From assembly GCA_963819765.1 (NCBI GenBank), contig CAWFXF010000001.1, positions 206,506 to 270,505 of the forward strand: a DNA stretch of 64,000 nt. The letters run 5' to 3'. Below, in pieces: positions 54,829-64,000 of this stretch. The translations under genes and the position numbers were made by a program. Below the pieces are notes generated by a model. That model made no database searches. It saw only the letters and a program-made list of their open reading frames with translations, and was not told the origin of the DNA. This DNA comes from an uncultured Acidobacteriaceae bacterium. Lineage in GTDB: Bacteria; Acidobacteriota; Terriglobia; Terriglobales; Acidobacteriaceae. Position 1 is the stretch's first letter, and each line of letters opens with the position of its first letter.

Positions 54829-56301
54829 ATGGAATTGTTCAATACCCTGGGCGGCAAGATCGAAACGCTGGACCCGGTCGGCGCGCCTGAGCTGCGAATG
54901 TATTGTTGCGGCCCCACCGTGTACGACTACGGCCACATCGGCAACTTCCGTACGTTCCTGCATGTCGATGTGCTCCGCCGGTTCCTGGTACAGCAGGGAA
55001 TGAAGGTCAGGTTCGTGATGAACGTGACGGATGTCGATGACAAGATTATCCGTAATGCCAGCGCGGCAGGGCAGCCGATTGCGGAATATACGGCGAAGTT
55101 TGAGCGGGCGTTCTTCGAGGATTCCGATGCGCTCGGAATCCAGCGAGCAGAGGAAGTAGCGCACGCGACGAGCTGCATTCCGGAGATGGTTGCGCTTGTC
55201 GAGAAGCTGGCGACGAAAGACATTGCTTACAAGACGGACGATGGAAGCTGGTACTTCCGCATTGCGCGGTTTCCGGAGTACGGCAAGCTCTCGCGTAAGG
55301 ACTTCGAGGGAATTGAGGATGGCGCGCGTGTCGATGTGGACGAGTACGAAAAGGATGCTGCTCGCGACTTCGCCTTGTGGAAGGCGTGCAAACCGGGTGA
55401 GCAGAGCTGGAATACGGAGATCGGCTGCGGCCGGCCGGGATGGCATATCGAGTGCTCGGCGATGGCGATGAAGTATCTGGGGGAGACCTTGGATCTGCAC
55501 TGCGGCGGCGAGGATCTGATGTTTCCGCACCACGAGAATGAGATTGCGCAGTCTGAGTCGGCGACTGAGCATACGTTTGCACGGCACTGGATGCATGTGC
55601 GGTTTCTGCTGGTGGAAGGGCGCAAGATGTCGAAGTCGGAGGGGAACTTCTACACGCTGCGCGATCTTTTGCTGAAGGGGTATCGTGCGTCCGCAATACG
55701 GTTCCTGCTGATTTCAGTGCCTTACCGGCATCAGATGAACTTCACCTTTGAGAGCCTGAGGGAATCAACGAACGCGATTGACCGGCTGCGCACGTTTCAC
55801 CAGCGGATGTTGAAGGGCGGATTTGCGGAGGGCCGGGACGGAGCAATTGCCGAGGCAACGACGAAGGCAGAGAAAGATTACACGGCTGCTCTGGCGAATG
55901 ACTTGAATACCGCGGAGGCGCGGGCGGCGATCTTCGAACTGGTACGGGCTGCGAATTCAGCGGCAGATGCGGGTACCTTGGGCGCAGGGAATGTGAGCGA
56001 AATTCTTCGTGTCCTTGGGTTGTTCGATGGTGTGTTCGCGGTGCTTGAGGACAAGGATGCCGAGGTTACGCGCGCGGCACTGAAATGGGCGGAAAAGGAA
56101 GGCCGGCTGAATGAGGCGGCTCCTGAGTTGGTGACGACGCTGTCACTTTCCGATGGGGAGATCGATGCTTTGGTGGCGGAGCGGACGCAGGCTAAGAAGA
56201 CTCGCAACTTCGCGCGCGCGGATGCGATTCGCAATGATCTGCTGGCGAAGGGGATTTTGCTGGAAGACTCGAAAGACGGAGTTCGCTGGCGTCGAAAGTA
56301 G
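54829..56301 (+). CDS. cysS: cysteine-tRNA ligase
   Basis: MELFNTLGG..., YDYGHIGNFRTF (HIGH) and KMSKSEGN (KMSKS). Confidence 0.95.
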   Translation: MELFNTLGGKIETLDPVGAPELRMYCCGPTVYDYGHIGNFRTFLHVDVLRRFLVQQGMKVRFVMNVTDVDDKIIRNASAAGQPIAEYTAKFERAFFEDSDALGIQRAEEVAHATSCIPEMVALVEKLATKDIAYKTDDGSWYFRIARFPEYGKLSRKDFEGIEDGARVDVDEYEKDAARDFALWKACKPGEQSWNTEIGCGRPGWHIECSAMAMKYLGETLDLHCGGEDLMFPHHENEIAQSESATEHTFARHWMHVRFLLVEGRKMSKSEGNFYTLRDLLLKGYRASAIRFLLISVPYRHQMNFTFESLRESTNAIDRLRTFHQRMLKGGFAEGRDGAIAEATTKAEKDYTAALANDLNTAEARAAIFELVRAANSAADAGTLGAGNVSEILRVLGLFDGVFAVLEDKDAEVTRAALKWAEKEGRLNEAAPELVTTLSLSDGEIDALVAERTQAKKTRNFARADAIRNDLLAKGILLEDSKDGVRWRRK

Positions 56302-56336
56302 CTGTTGATTCCATTGGCAGAAAGCGATGCTACGAT

Positions 56337-57011
56337 ATGGGGATGTTGTCCCGGTTTGCCTCAGTTGCTGTTTTGTTTGCTGTGTCCAGCTTTGCGCAAA
56401 CGCCTTCGGCGGCTCCATCGCTGAGGATCTTTCACGATTCGGCCCTGGATATCACTTTCGCGTATCCGGGAGAATTCACAGCGGTTGTTACGGATTCAGC
56501 CAAGGGGCAATCTTCGAACAAAAACGAACCGCAGTGTGTGCGATCCATTCTTTCCGCGGGATCAGAGAGCAAGCAGGGAAGCTCGGCCTTTGTGATTTCC
56601 ATCATCGACAATTCCTGTCCAGGGGTTTTGAAGCAGGCCGAACAGGAAGGGTCATTTACACGCGACCAGATTTTGCGCCAACTGAAGCAGTACGGGACGG
56701 CTTCCTTGACGCAGGAGCCGTTTCGTTACAGTGTCGGAAGCCGTCCGGCGGCGGTCACGCTGGCCATGGCAAAGCCCGATGATGCGTCGGCGAGCAATGG
56801 ACACGTTCTCGCAACCTATGCGGCCAAGGCTTGTTTTGTCAGTAATTTGCCCGAACACGGCGGCGGGAAACAGAGCCCGGCAAACAGCGAGGTGATCTGT
56901 TTCGACTACACGACGCAAAATCGTGAGCTGCTGACGCGGATTCTTTCTTTCACTGTAAAGTTCGGCGATGGGGACATGCATCCCATGGTGTCGGGTAATG
57001 CTCTCCACTGA
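56337..57011 (+). CDS. secreted hypothetical protein
   Basis: Signal peptide MGMLSRFASVAVLFAVSSFAQ. No family recognised. Confidence 0.55.
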   Translation: MGMLSRFASVAVLFAVSSFAQTPSAAPSLRIFHDSALDITFAYPGEFTAVVTDSAKGQSSNKNEPQCVRSILSAGSESKQGSSAFVISIIDNSCPGVLKQAEQEGSFTRDQILRQLKQYGTASLTQEPFRYSVGSRPAAVTLAMAKPDDASASNGHVLATYAAKACFVSNLPEHGGGKQSPANSEVICFDYTTQNRELLTRILSFTVKFGDGDMHPMVSGNALH

Positions 57012-57347
57012 TTCTGGCCTGATGCGTTATACTCGCGGCACAGGCTTTGAGTTCGATGAGACCTCTCTCCTCAGTCGCGACGTGGCAGGTGTACCGAGTT
57101 ACCGGTGCGTGGCGCCGGGCATGGTGCCGCTCGAGGATGCAACAGATGCCGCGCAGGTATTTGAGCGTTCTGCCAGCACGTACGCGACCTAGCCTCTTCG
57201 CCGGCGATTAACGTTGTTGCCTCCTAGCCGGCGAAGTCCCTGCCCAGCGTCCAAGTCGTTCCAACCCTGCAATACGCAGGATGCCGTATCGCATTCGTAG
57301 CGACCGAGAACGGCTCACCCGCAACCGCTGATACCAAAGGAGACCGC

Positions 57348-58737
57348 ATGAGCACCCTTACCCAGGAGCAGACACGAGTTGCCACCGAGGCCGACTATAC
57401 GCAGTTTGGACCGAAGCTGAAGACACCGCTTCCCGGGCCGCTTGCGAAGAAGGCAGTTGCAGAAGATGACCGGCTGATCTCACCAAGCTACACGCGCAGC
57501 TATCCGATGGTGGCGAAGTCTGGTCGCGGGATTCGCGTGACGGATGTGGATGGGAATGAGTTTCTCGACTTTGCCGCTGGCATTGCGGTGAATTCGACGG
57601 GACATTGTCATCCTGAAGTTGTGAAGGCGATTCAGGAGCAGGCTGCCGAGCTGATTCACATATCGGGCACTGATTTTTACTACGAGCACATGACGGAGTT
57701 CGCCGCAGCGGCTTTCTTCGGTTGCTCCTATGCCCGGACCGCATAAGTTTTACTACGGCAATTCGGGCGCCGAGGCCGTGGAGTGCGCATTGAAGATTGC
57801 ACGCTATCACACGGGACGGCAGAACATCATCAGCTTCTTCGGTGCGTTCCATGGGCGCACGATGGGCGCGCTCTCAGTGACGGGCTCAAAGCCGCAACAG
57901 AAACGGCGGTTTGCTCCATTTGTTCCTGGAGTGCACCACATTCCTTATCCCTACACGTATCGCGGTTGCAGAGGTGATGCGAAGGAGCAGGAGGCCTTTG
58001 AGCTGGGATGTGCGCGCTATATCGAGGAGAAGTTATTCAAGACGATCCTGCCGCCCGAAGAAGTTGCGGCGATCATTTTGGAGCCGATTCAGGGCGAGGG
58101 CGGTTATGTTGTCGCGCCGGATCATTTTCTGCGAGAGATTCGGAATATCTGCGATCGCCATGGGATCCTGTTGATTGCCGATGAGGTGCAGTCCGGCGCG
58201 GGTCGTACAGGAAAGTGGTGGGCGATCCAGCACTCGGGCGTCGAGCCTGACATTGTCTGCATTGCGAAGGGCATTGCGAGCGGCATGCCGCTGGGAATCT
58301 GCATGACACGCGCGAGCATCATGAACTGGGTCCCGGGATCGCATGCGAGCACTTTTGGCGGTAATCCTGTGTGCATCGCTGCGGCTCAGGCGACGTTGGA
58401 CATCATCGAGCGCGAGGCGATGCAGAACGCGGAGACCGTTGGAGCGAAGATGCTGGAGCGTCTCGGTCCGTGGGTGAAGAAGCACGCGAATGTTGGCGAG
58501 GTGCGCGGTCGTGGATTGATGATTGGAGTTGAGATCGTCAAAGATCAACAGAGCCGCGAGGCTGCGGGCGCTCTGCGGGATCGGATTGTCGATTACGCTT
58601 TTGAGCGTGGTCTGCTGATTCTGGGTTGCGGCGAGACGAGCATCCGGCTTTGCCCGCCACTGATTTTGAATCAGCACGAGGCGGATATTGCGCTGGATAT
58701 TCTGGAAGAGAGTCTTCAGTTGGCGGCGAAAGGCTAA
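57348..58737 (+). pseudogene. class-III PLP aminotransferase (GabT/ArgD-like), interrupted by a 1-nt frameshift
   Basis: ORF 57348-57746 ends ...DFYYEHMTEFAAAAFFGCSYARTA*. ORF 57730-58737 begins MPGPHKFYYGNSGAEAVE and contains ADEVQSGAGRTGKWW. Removing one G/C at about 57705-57712 gives EFAA(A/R)LSSVAPMPGPHKF. Confidence 0.85.
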
Positions 58738-58762
58738 AACATCCGGTAATTGCAAACAAGTC

Positions 58763-58805
58763 AGCGAGTCAGCAAATTCCGGTTGCTGACTCGCTCTTGT
58801 TTTTT
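58763..58805. terminator. bidirectional intrinsic terminator
   Basis: AGCGAGTCAGCAA-ATTCCGG-TTGCTGACTCGCT followed by CTTGTTTTT, between the aminotransferase (+) stop and the receptor (-) stop. Confidence 0.8.
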
Positions 58806-61543
58806 AGAAGGTAAAGCTGACCTCTCCCGTGAAGGTGCGCGGCGTGACATAGTGCGTACCCGAGAAGGTGGAGAGGAAGTTATAGAGCGCGTACTTGTTG
58901 GTGAGGTTGACCGCTGTCAGGCGAAGGCCTACTTTACGTTTGTCGCCGTGGAGGAGGTTGTCTTCTCCGAGTGCAAGTCAAAGAGGCTTCTTGACTGTAT
59001 GCGCTGGCGGATTGTGGTCGTCGTTCTGTGTTCGCTGGCGCGGGAATGCGTGACGAGGCCGAGGTGAGCTGCGAGCGCGGCACAGATGACCGGGCAACGG
59101 CTGGTTGGGGTTGCGCGAACACCGTTGCAGGCGAGACCGCCTGGAATTCCTGGTCTGCGGTGAAGCCGCTGAGGTTGATTGCCGGCTGGCCGTTGATGGT
59201 GAGCGGTTTTCCGTTGGCGTCAAAGGAGAAATTGGCGCAGCCACTGTTCGGGATCGGTGACGTTGTAGCAGGGCGTCAGAGCCTGCGACGAGGCCACTGT
59301 CGTAGCGCCAGTTGAAGCCGAACCATGCGCTCTTGCGGAAGGGAAGAGCGTACTGCATATGGGTGGTCTGGTTGTAACGCTCGTCGTGGTCGATGCGGAA
59401 GGGGTAAGTTCGATCCGGCGTGCCCGGAGTCGCGCCGACGCCGCCGACCTGCGGGTTGAAGAAGCGGGCGGCGACGGATGACATGACGACAAAGGCGCTG
59501 ATGCCATGAGTCTCAGGAACGTTGGCGCGAAGGGCGAAGCCGGGAATCTTTGAGTTGTGCCACTCGATGGGGAAGGTGATCGGCGTAGCTCCGAAGACGC
59601 TGAAGTCGTAGGCGTTGTGCGTGTACTTCCAGATGTACTCGCCGCTGACGACGAGGTGCTTGCCGAAGGCCTGTTGAAGACCGGCGTGAAACTCGTTGCG
59701 GAAGCCGGGATTGAAGGGGGCTGGCGTGCAGTCGCCGAGCGTCTCGAAGATGCCCTGAATGACGGGATCGTAGCAGCCGGTTGTCGGAGAGGACGAGGTT
59801 CTCGTTGAAGGGAGTCTCCTGCACGCGGGCGTAGGAGAGACGCAGAACAGTGTTGGTCTTCTTGAAGTTGTAGGAGACTGCCTACGCGGGGCTCGGCCAT
59901 GCGCTGTATGGCGAGAGCCGTTGTAGAAGTCACCGCGGATTCCGAGATTGACGAGCCAGTTGCCAATGGTGATCTGGTCCTGCGCGATAGAGAGCGAGTT
60001 GCTTCACGTCGGTCTGGCCATGCCAGAAGTAGTTGGCGCCGCCACGGGTGAGATCGTAGGGCAGAAGGACAGGATTGAAGTTGGGATTGACGAAGAGTCG
60101 TGCTGCGGCGCACTGGCCTGGGATCGTTGAAGCCGTTGACGGGGTCGCCGTTTGCGTCGACGCAGGGTGCGTTCAGGCCGGGATCGACAAGACCAGTGTG
60201 GATGTTCTCGCGCAGGAAGGTCTGTTGGTAGACGACTGCCAACTTTGATGTTGTGGATGCCTTTGACGTAGGAGAGATCGGCGTGAACACCTGTGTTGGT
60301 GAGGGTGCGGTACTGCTGCACGGTCTCCTGCTGGATGGGGCCCGAGATCGGCGAGAGGGATTCTTACTGGGGTAGTAGTTATAGGCGTCGCGGCGAACAT
60401 AAACTCCGATATTGCAGTACGGTGTTCGTGTTAATGATGTGGGTAAAGGTAGGAGCGATGTTGTAGGTCTCGATCTTCGATCTCTGGTCCGCGGCGCCGA
60501 GAAAGTTGCCGAACTGATCGAAGACGCTGGAGGTGTCAAAGGAGTTCGGCGTCTGGAACCACGAGCGCGTGTACTGCAGGTTGGTGTGGATGGAGTTGGC
60601 TTGGTTGAACTGATAGTCCACGCGATCGAAGACGTTCTGCTGGTTGCCATGATCGTGCAGGGTCTGGAATTCCGGTCCGTCGAGGAAGCGTCCGGTGTTC
60701 AAGCCCGCTGACGGCAATGAAGTTTCCCCAGTTCTGGTCGTCCATAGGCAAGGTTTGCGTCGAGGCTGGTTGAGCCGAAGGTTCCGTAGTCGAGAGCGAT
60801 GCTGCCGTGCGGTGAGCGTGACGCCTTGTCCGGAGCGAGTTGTGGCCTTGATGATGAGGCTGGTCTTGTCGCCGTATTCGGCTGTAGGAGCGCCGCCGAT
60901 GACCTCGAGGGACTGCACGGCGTCCGGCGGGAAGCTGATTGGAGAAGACTTTGCTCTGCTGATCGGTGATGGGCTGACCGTCGACGGAGAAGGAGTTCTC
61001 CGCGTGATCGCCGAGGCCGTGGAAGAGGCCGTTTGAGTCGGCGGTGACGCCGGGAGATGAGAGGGTGACGATGGAGCTCAGAGAGGAGGACTGACTCTCG
61101 AGCGGCATGCGGTCGATTGAGAGCGCGGTCGACGTCAGTGTGGAAATGCGATCGGTTTCGATCAGCTCGGCACCGCCCTCGACGTTTACCGTTGTTGAGG
61201 CATCGGCGATTGCAAGCTGAATCGGGAGGGCGATTGGGACAATCGAGTTGACGTCGACCGTTTTATTCAGTTGTGCGCGAATCCAGTGCTCGCGACAGTG
61301 AGATGGTAGGGATTGAAGGGAACGTTGTAGAAGTGGAACTGTCCGGAGTTGTCGGACTTGGCGATCGCGTGTAGCCGGTGACATGATTGGTGATCTCGAC
61401 GGTGGCGCTGGGAACGATGGCACCGCTGGGGTCGGTAATGGTTCCGGAGATCGTTCCTGAGTTGCTCTGTGCGTGGATACCGCAGACGAAGAGAGGGAAA
61501 CTGCTGCGATGAGAAATAGTCGATAAAATAAAGGCCTGCGCAT
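58804..61543 (-). pseudogene. TonB-dependent receptor with carboxypeptidase-regulatory-like N-domain, multiply frameshifted
   Basis: Recognisable receptor segments are scattered over nine overlapping minus-strand ORFs in all three frames. They include the signal MRRPLFYRLFLIAAVS, GTISGTITDPSGAIVPSATVEITN, AKSDNSGQFHFYNVPFNPYHLTV, plug QSLEVIGGAPTAEYGDKTSLII, NTGRFLDGPEF...LQYTRSWFQTPN, VVYQQTFLRENIHTG, RIDHDERYNQTTHMQYALPF and the C-terminus TFTGEVSFTF*. Confidence 0.85.
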
Positions 61544-61672
61544 ATGAGGATTGACTCCTGTCGAGCTCTGCGAAGAGCATCGTGCTGAAATGGCGTCGGC
61601 GTCAGGTGACGCGACGGGTTCAGGCATCAAGAGGCGTAGGTCAATCTAAAAAATTGCCGCATGAGCCTCGAT

Positions 61673-61957
61673 TCAGGCGCGATCGGCAACGGGCGGCGGA
61701 CGGCTGGCCATCTGGAAGCGCCAGCGGAAGATGCGTTGCGCGTTGGCGGCGACTGAAGTCCAGACGTGGATCTGGAGTATCGGTTCTGGCGCGTGCATCG
61801 AAACAGGAAGGGCCGAGTGCATGGCCACGCAGAGCGGGCAGTGGTCGTCAGGCATGGCCCCGTTGTGGTTCTGGTTTTGCTTGAGAGGCGCAGACTCAGC
61901 GTGGTTGTGAGCGACTTGCACGGTGCTCATGACGCAGACCATCAGCACGGCGAGCAA
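61673..61957 (-). CDS. small DUF2946-like protein (HCPLC...H motif) upstream of the decayed receptor
   Basis: WLRLIALLAVLMVCVMSTVQVAH signal/TM, then DDHCPLCVAMHSALPV. The track start is a TTG. The frame stays open further upstream, so the real start is uncertain. Confidence 0.45.
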   Translation of the reverse strand: MLAVLMVCVMSTVQVAHNHAESAPLKQNQNHNGAMPDDHCPLCVAMHSALPVSMHAPEPILQIHVWTSVAANAQRIFRWRFQMASRPPPVADRA

Positions 61958-62175
61958 TGCAATCAGCCGCAGCCATGTGGGCCGCTGATTGAGCTGTCCG
62001 GGTTCATGGAAGAAGGTCCTGCATCCGATTCTCAGTGCTACTTCCTGTGTAGCATACTTAGCCGAAGGACCCCAAATCGCTTACAGCTATGTTGTTGATA
62101 TCGTTGCCATCCTGTTGTCGTTCCCTGCGTCTAACGGATAGCTTCAGAGTGGTTCCACACCGAGAAAGAAACCTT

Positions 62176-63258
62176 ATGAATAAGACGCACAAGCGGGGCA
62201 TAAAGTTCTCTCCCTTTTGGCCAACTGCTGCCCTTATCTTTATTTTTCCAGCAACTTGCGGATTTGTCGTTGCCGCTCCGCAATCGCAGAAAAGCCTTCC
62301 TCCACCTGCGCCTGCGGCCGGCCAACCACATCGTACGCGGTTGATTTTGAAGGACGGCAACTACCAGATTGTGATGAGCTACCGGGTTGTGGGCGATCGC
62401 GTCCGCTATGTGAGCGCGGAGCGCGGGGGCGCGGAGGAGGAGATTCCGGCCGCGCTGGTGGACTTCGAGGCGACGAAGCGCTGGGAGCTGCAGCATACGG
62501 CACCTTCGGAGGACGATGCCAATCGACCCGCGGTGATCGATCCGGAGCTGCTGAAGGAGGAGGCTGAGAGGGCTTCGTATACTCCTGAGGTTGCAAAGGA
62601 TCTTCGGCTGCCGGACCAGGACAGCGTGCTTGGGTTCGATATTTATCGCGGAACGAATGAGCTGGTTCCGATGCAGCAGTCGGACGGCGAACTGAATCGG
62701 AATACGTCGCACAATGTGCTGAAGGCGGCGGTGAATCCGCTGGCGAGTTCGCATCAGCTGGTGCAGCTCAAGGGCGAGCGCTCGCCAGTGCAGTTCCACG
62801 TTGATACTCCGGTTTTGTATATCCGGATCGGTACTGATGCTCCGCCTTCCACGGGCGGCGCACCGATGACTGTAGACACGCACGGCGCGAGCAGTGCGAC
62901 GAAGGACACTTCCAGCGGTGGCTCTGCGAACAGCCGCTATGTGATTGTTCGCGCCGATGTCCGGCAGGGAGCGCGGATTGTTGCGAGCTTCAAGATTTCA
63001 GCCCTGGGCAGTGTTCACCAGCAGGAGGATGTTGTCGAGACGACGCAGGAGGTTCTCCCTGGCGGCCACTGGATGAAGCTGACGCCGAAGCAGTCACTGA
63101 CCTTTGGCGAGTATGCGCTGATGGAGATTCTCAGCGACAAGGAGGTTAATCTTGGCGTCTGGGACTTTGGGGTACATCCTACAGCTGCTGAGAATCGGGA
63201 TGTGATTCTGCCAGAGGCCAGGAGGCCCTTGTCGCTGGAACACCGGCGGCCGGAGTGA
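62176..63258 (+). CDS. secreted hypothetical protein
   Basis: The internal ATG (62176) gives MNKTHKRGIKFSPFWPTAALIFIFPATCGFVVAAPQ. 360 aa, no family recognised. Confidence 0.6.
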   Translation: MNKTHKRGIKFSPFWPTAALIFIFPATCGFVVAAPQSQKSLPPPAPAAGQPHRTRLILKDGNYQIVMSYRVVGDRVRYVSAERGGAEEEIPAALVDFEATKRWELQHTAPSEDDANRPAVIDPELLKEEAERASYTPEVAKDLRLPDQDSVLGFDIYRGTNELVPMQQSDGELNRNTSHNVLKAAVNPLASSHQLVQLKGERSPVQFHVDTPVLYIRIGTDAPPSTGGAPMTVDTHGASSATKDTSSGGSANSRYVIVRADVRQGARIVASFKISALGSVHQQEDVVETTQEVLPGGHWMKLTPKQSLTFGEYALMEILSDKEVNLGVWDFGVHPTAAENRDVILPEARRPLSLEHRRPE

Positions 63259-63500
63259 CCCCCCCTCCCCTATCTTTTGCCGTAAAGTGTTCAAAAAAAT
63301 AAGCTTAGATCCGAGTTTTACGCGCAATTCGCATGCCCAAGGCCGGAAAATCCGGGAAAGGCCAAAGAGCCAACGCGGTCGGTCTCTATTTCTATCGTAA
63401 CGTGTCGACGAAACTGCTATGCCACTTCAATGTCTTTGCTTTTGTGTGACTTAGGGGTTTCAGGGTCTTGACATGCGATTTTGCCGGGGTTTTTGGTGAA
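63259..63500 (+). repeat. intergenic repeat family, copy C
   Basis: It starts immediately after the upstream stop codon: CCCCCCCTCCCCTATCTTTTG...GTAAAGTGTTCA...CTTAGATC...CGCGCAATTCGC...AACTGCTATGCCAC...GGTCTTGACA (TTGACA at 63468-63473). Confidence 0.75.
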
Positions 63501-63540
63501 GGAATTTTGTAAGCAGTGGATTTATCGGTCGTTCGCTTTG

Positions 63541-63580
63541 AAAAAAAAAGGGCGGCATCGGAGCGATGCCGCCTTTTGGG
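63541..63580. terminator. bidirectional intrinsic terminator
   Basis: A9-G-GGCGGCATC-GGAGC-GATGCCGCC-TTTTGGGTTT, 15 nt from the stop of the minus-strand receptor gene. Confidence 0.8.
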
Positions 63581-63594
63581 TTTAGCGTTTTTGG

Positions 63595-64000
63595 TTAGAA
63601 GACGAGTTTGCCGATCAGCTGCAATTGACGGGGACCATAGAGGGTATTGTTGGTTCCGGTTGGTGTGCTAAAGGCCGATGCAGGTGAGGTGTTTGGTGTG
63701 GTGAAGGGTGCGATGCAACCCTGGAGTGGAGAACCTGCCGGGCCGGGAGTCTGCGTTGCTGTGGGGCACGCAGCCGTTCCGACCACGTTGTAGGCCGAGT
63801 AAGTGGAGTTCACGGAGGTGATGATCTTGTGATTGAGGAGATTGAAGGCCTCCGCGGTGAACTGGAGCTTGATGTTTTCGTGGATGGGAACATCACGCGA
63901 GACGCGGAAGTCGAAGTTGTAGAAGCCGGGACCGATGATGCTGTTGCGCCCGATCTGCGGAGGACGGCCGGTGGTGGCAAGGCCGGAACCGGAGCTCATG
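63595..64000 (-). CDS. TonB-dependent receptor, C-terminal part (continues beyond right edge)
   Basis: ...FTAEAFNLLNHKIITSV...LYGPRQLQLIGKLVF*, a typical TBDR C-terminal barrel strand ending in Phe. Confidence 0.8.
   Translation of the reverse strand, partial: MSSGSGLATTGRPPQIGRNSIIGPGFYNFDFRVSRDVPIHENIKLQFTAEAFNLLNHKIITSVNSTYSAYNVVGTAACPTATQTPGPAGSPLQGCIAPFTTPNTSPASAFSTPTGTNNTLYGPRQLQLIGKLVF

Noticed and set aside
57012-57347. 336-nt region upstream of the aminotransferase: possible riboswitch or a 56-aa ORF (57022-57192)
   Set aside because: It contains a 10-bp stem (CTTCGCCGGC...GCCGGCGAAG), but I could not match any riboswitch consensus. The small ORF has no RBS and no recognisable product. 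Worth a cmscan, but unsupported here.

Overview
GC-rich chromosomal DNA that looks like an Acidobacteriota (Terriglobia-type) genome. Supporting signs are two ADOP-type duplicated MacB/FtsX permeases, TonB-dependent receptors with carboxypeptidase-regulatory-like N-termini and a Tat-signal GMC-oxidoreductase cluster. There are about 60 protein genes. Most are housekeeping (valS, cysS, tsaD, cca, rpe, rpmE, kdsA, nadC-birA-coaX, rlmD, tldD, pmbA, a bamD-like gene, comEC), interleaved with accessory blocks. I saw no rRNA or tRNA genes, transposases, integrases, CRISPR arrays, prophage or recognisable defence island. The most notable observations are: (1) an AT-rich intergenic element of about 210-280 nt, present three times in the same orientation (15.8, 33.6 and 63.3 kb) with six ordered conserved blocks, a candidate ncRNA or regulatory cassette family; (2) a 541-aa protein with a NucS/RecB-like PD-(D/E)xK C-terminal domain inside a DinB-GNAT-nuclease-GH16 same-strand string; (3) tandem paralogous secreted, C-terminally anchored beta-helix-repeat proteins with a conserved C-x-x-C; (4) an ECF sigma with an NTF2-like C-terminal extension, stop/start-coupled to a 37-aa transmembrane micro-ORF; (5) single-base frameshifts in birA, an fdhA-type formate dehydrogenase and a class-III aminotransferase, plus a heavily decayed TonB-dependent receptor pseudogene. 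All calls come from reading the translations and sequence by eye. Start codons are approximate and no database search was possible.
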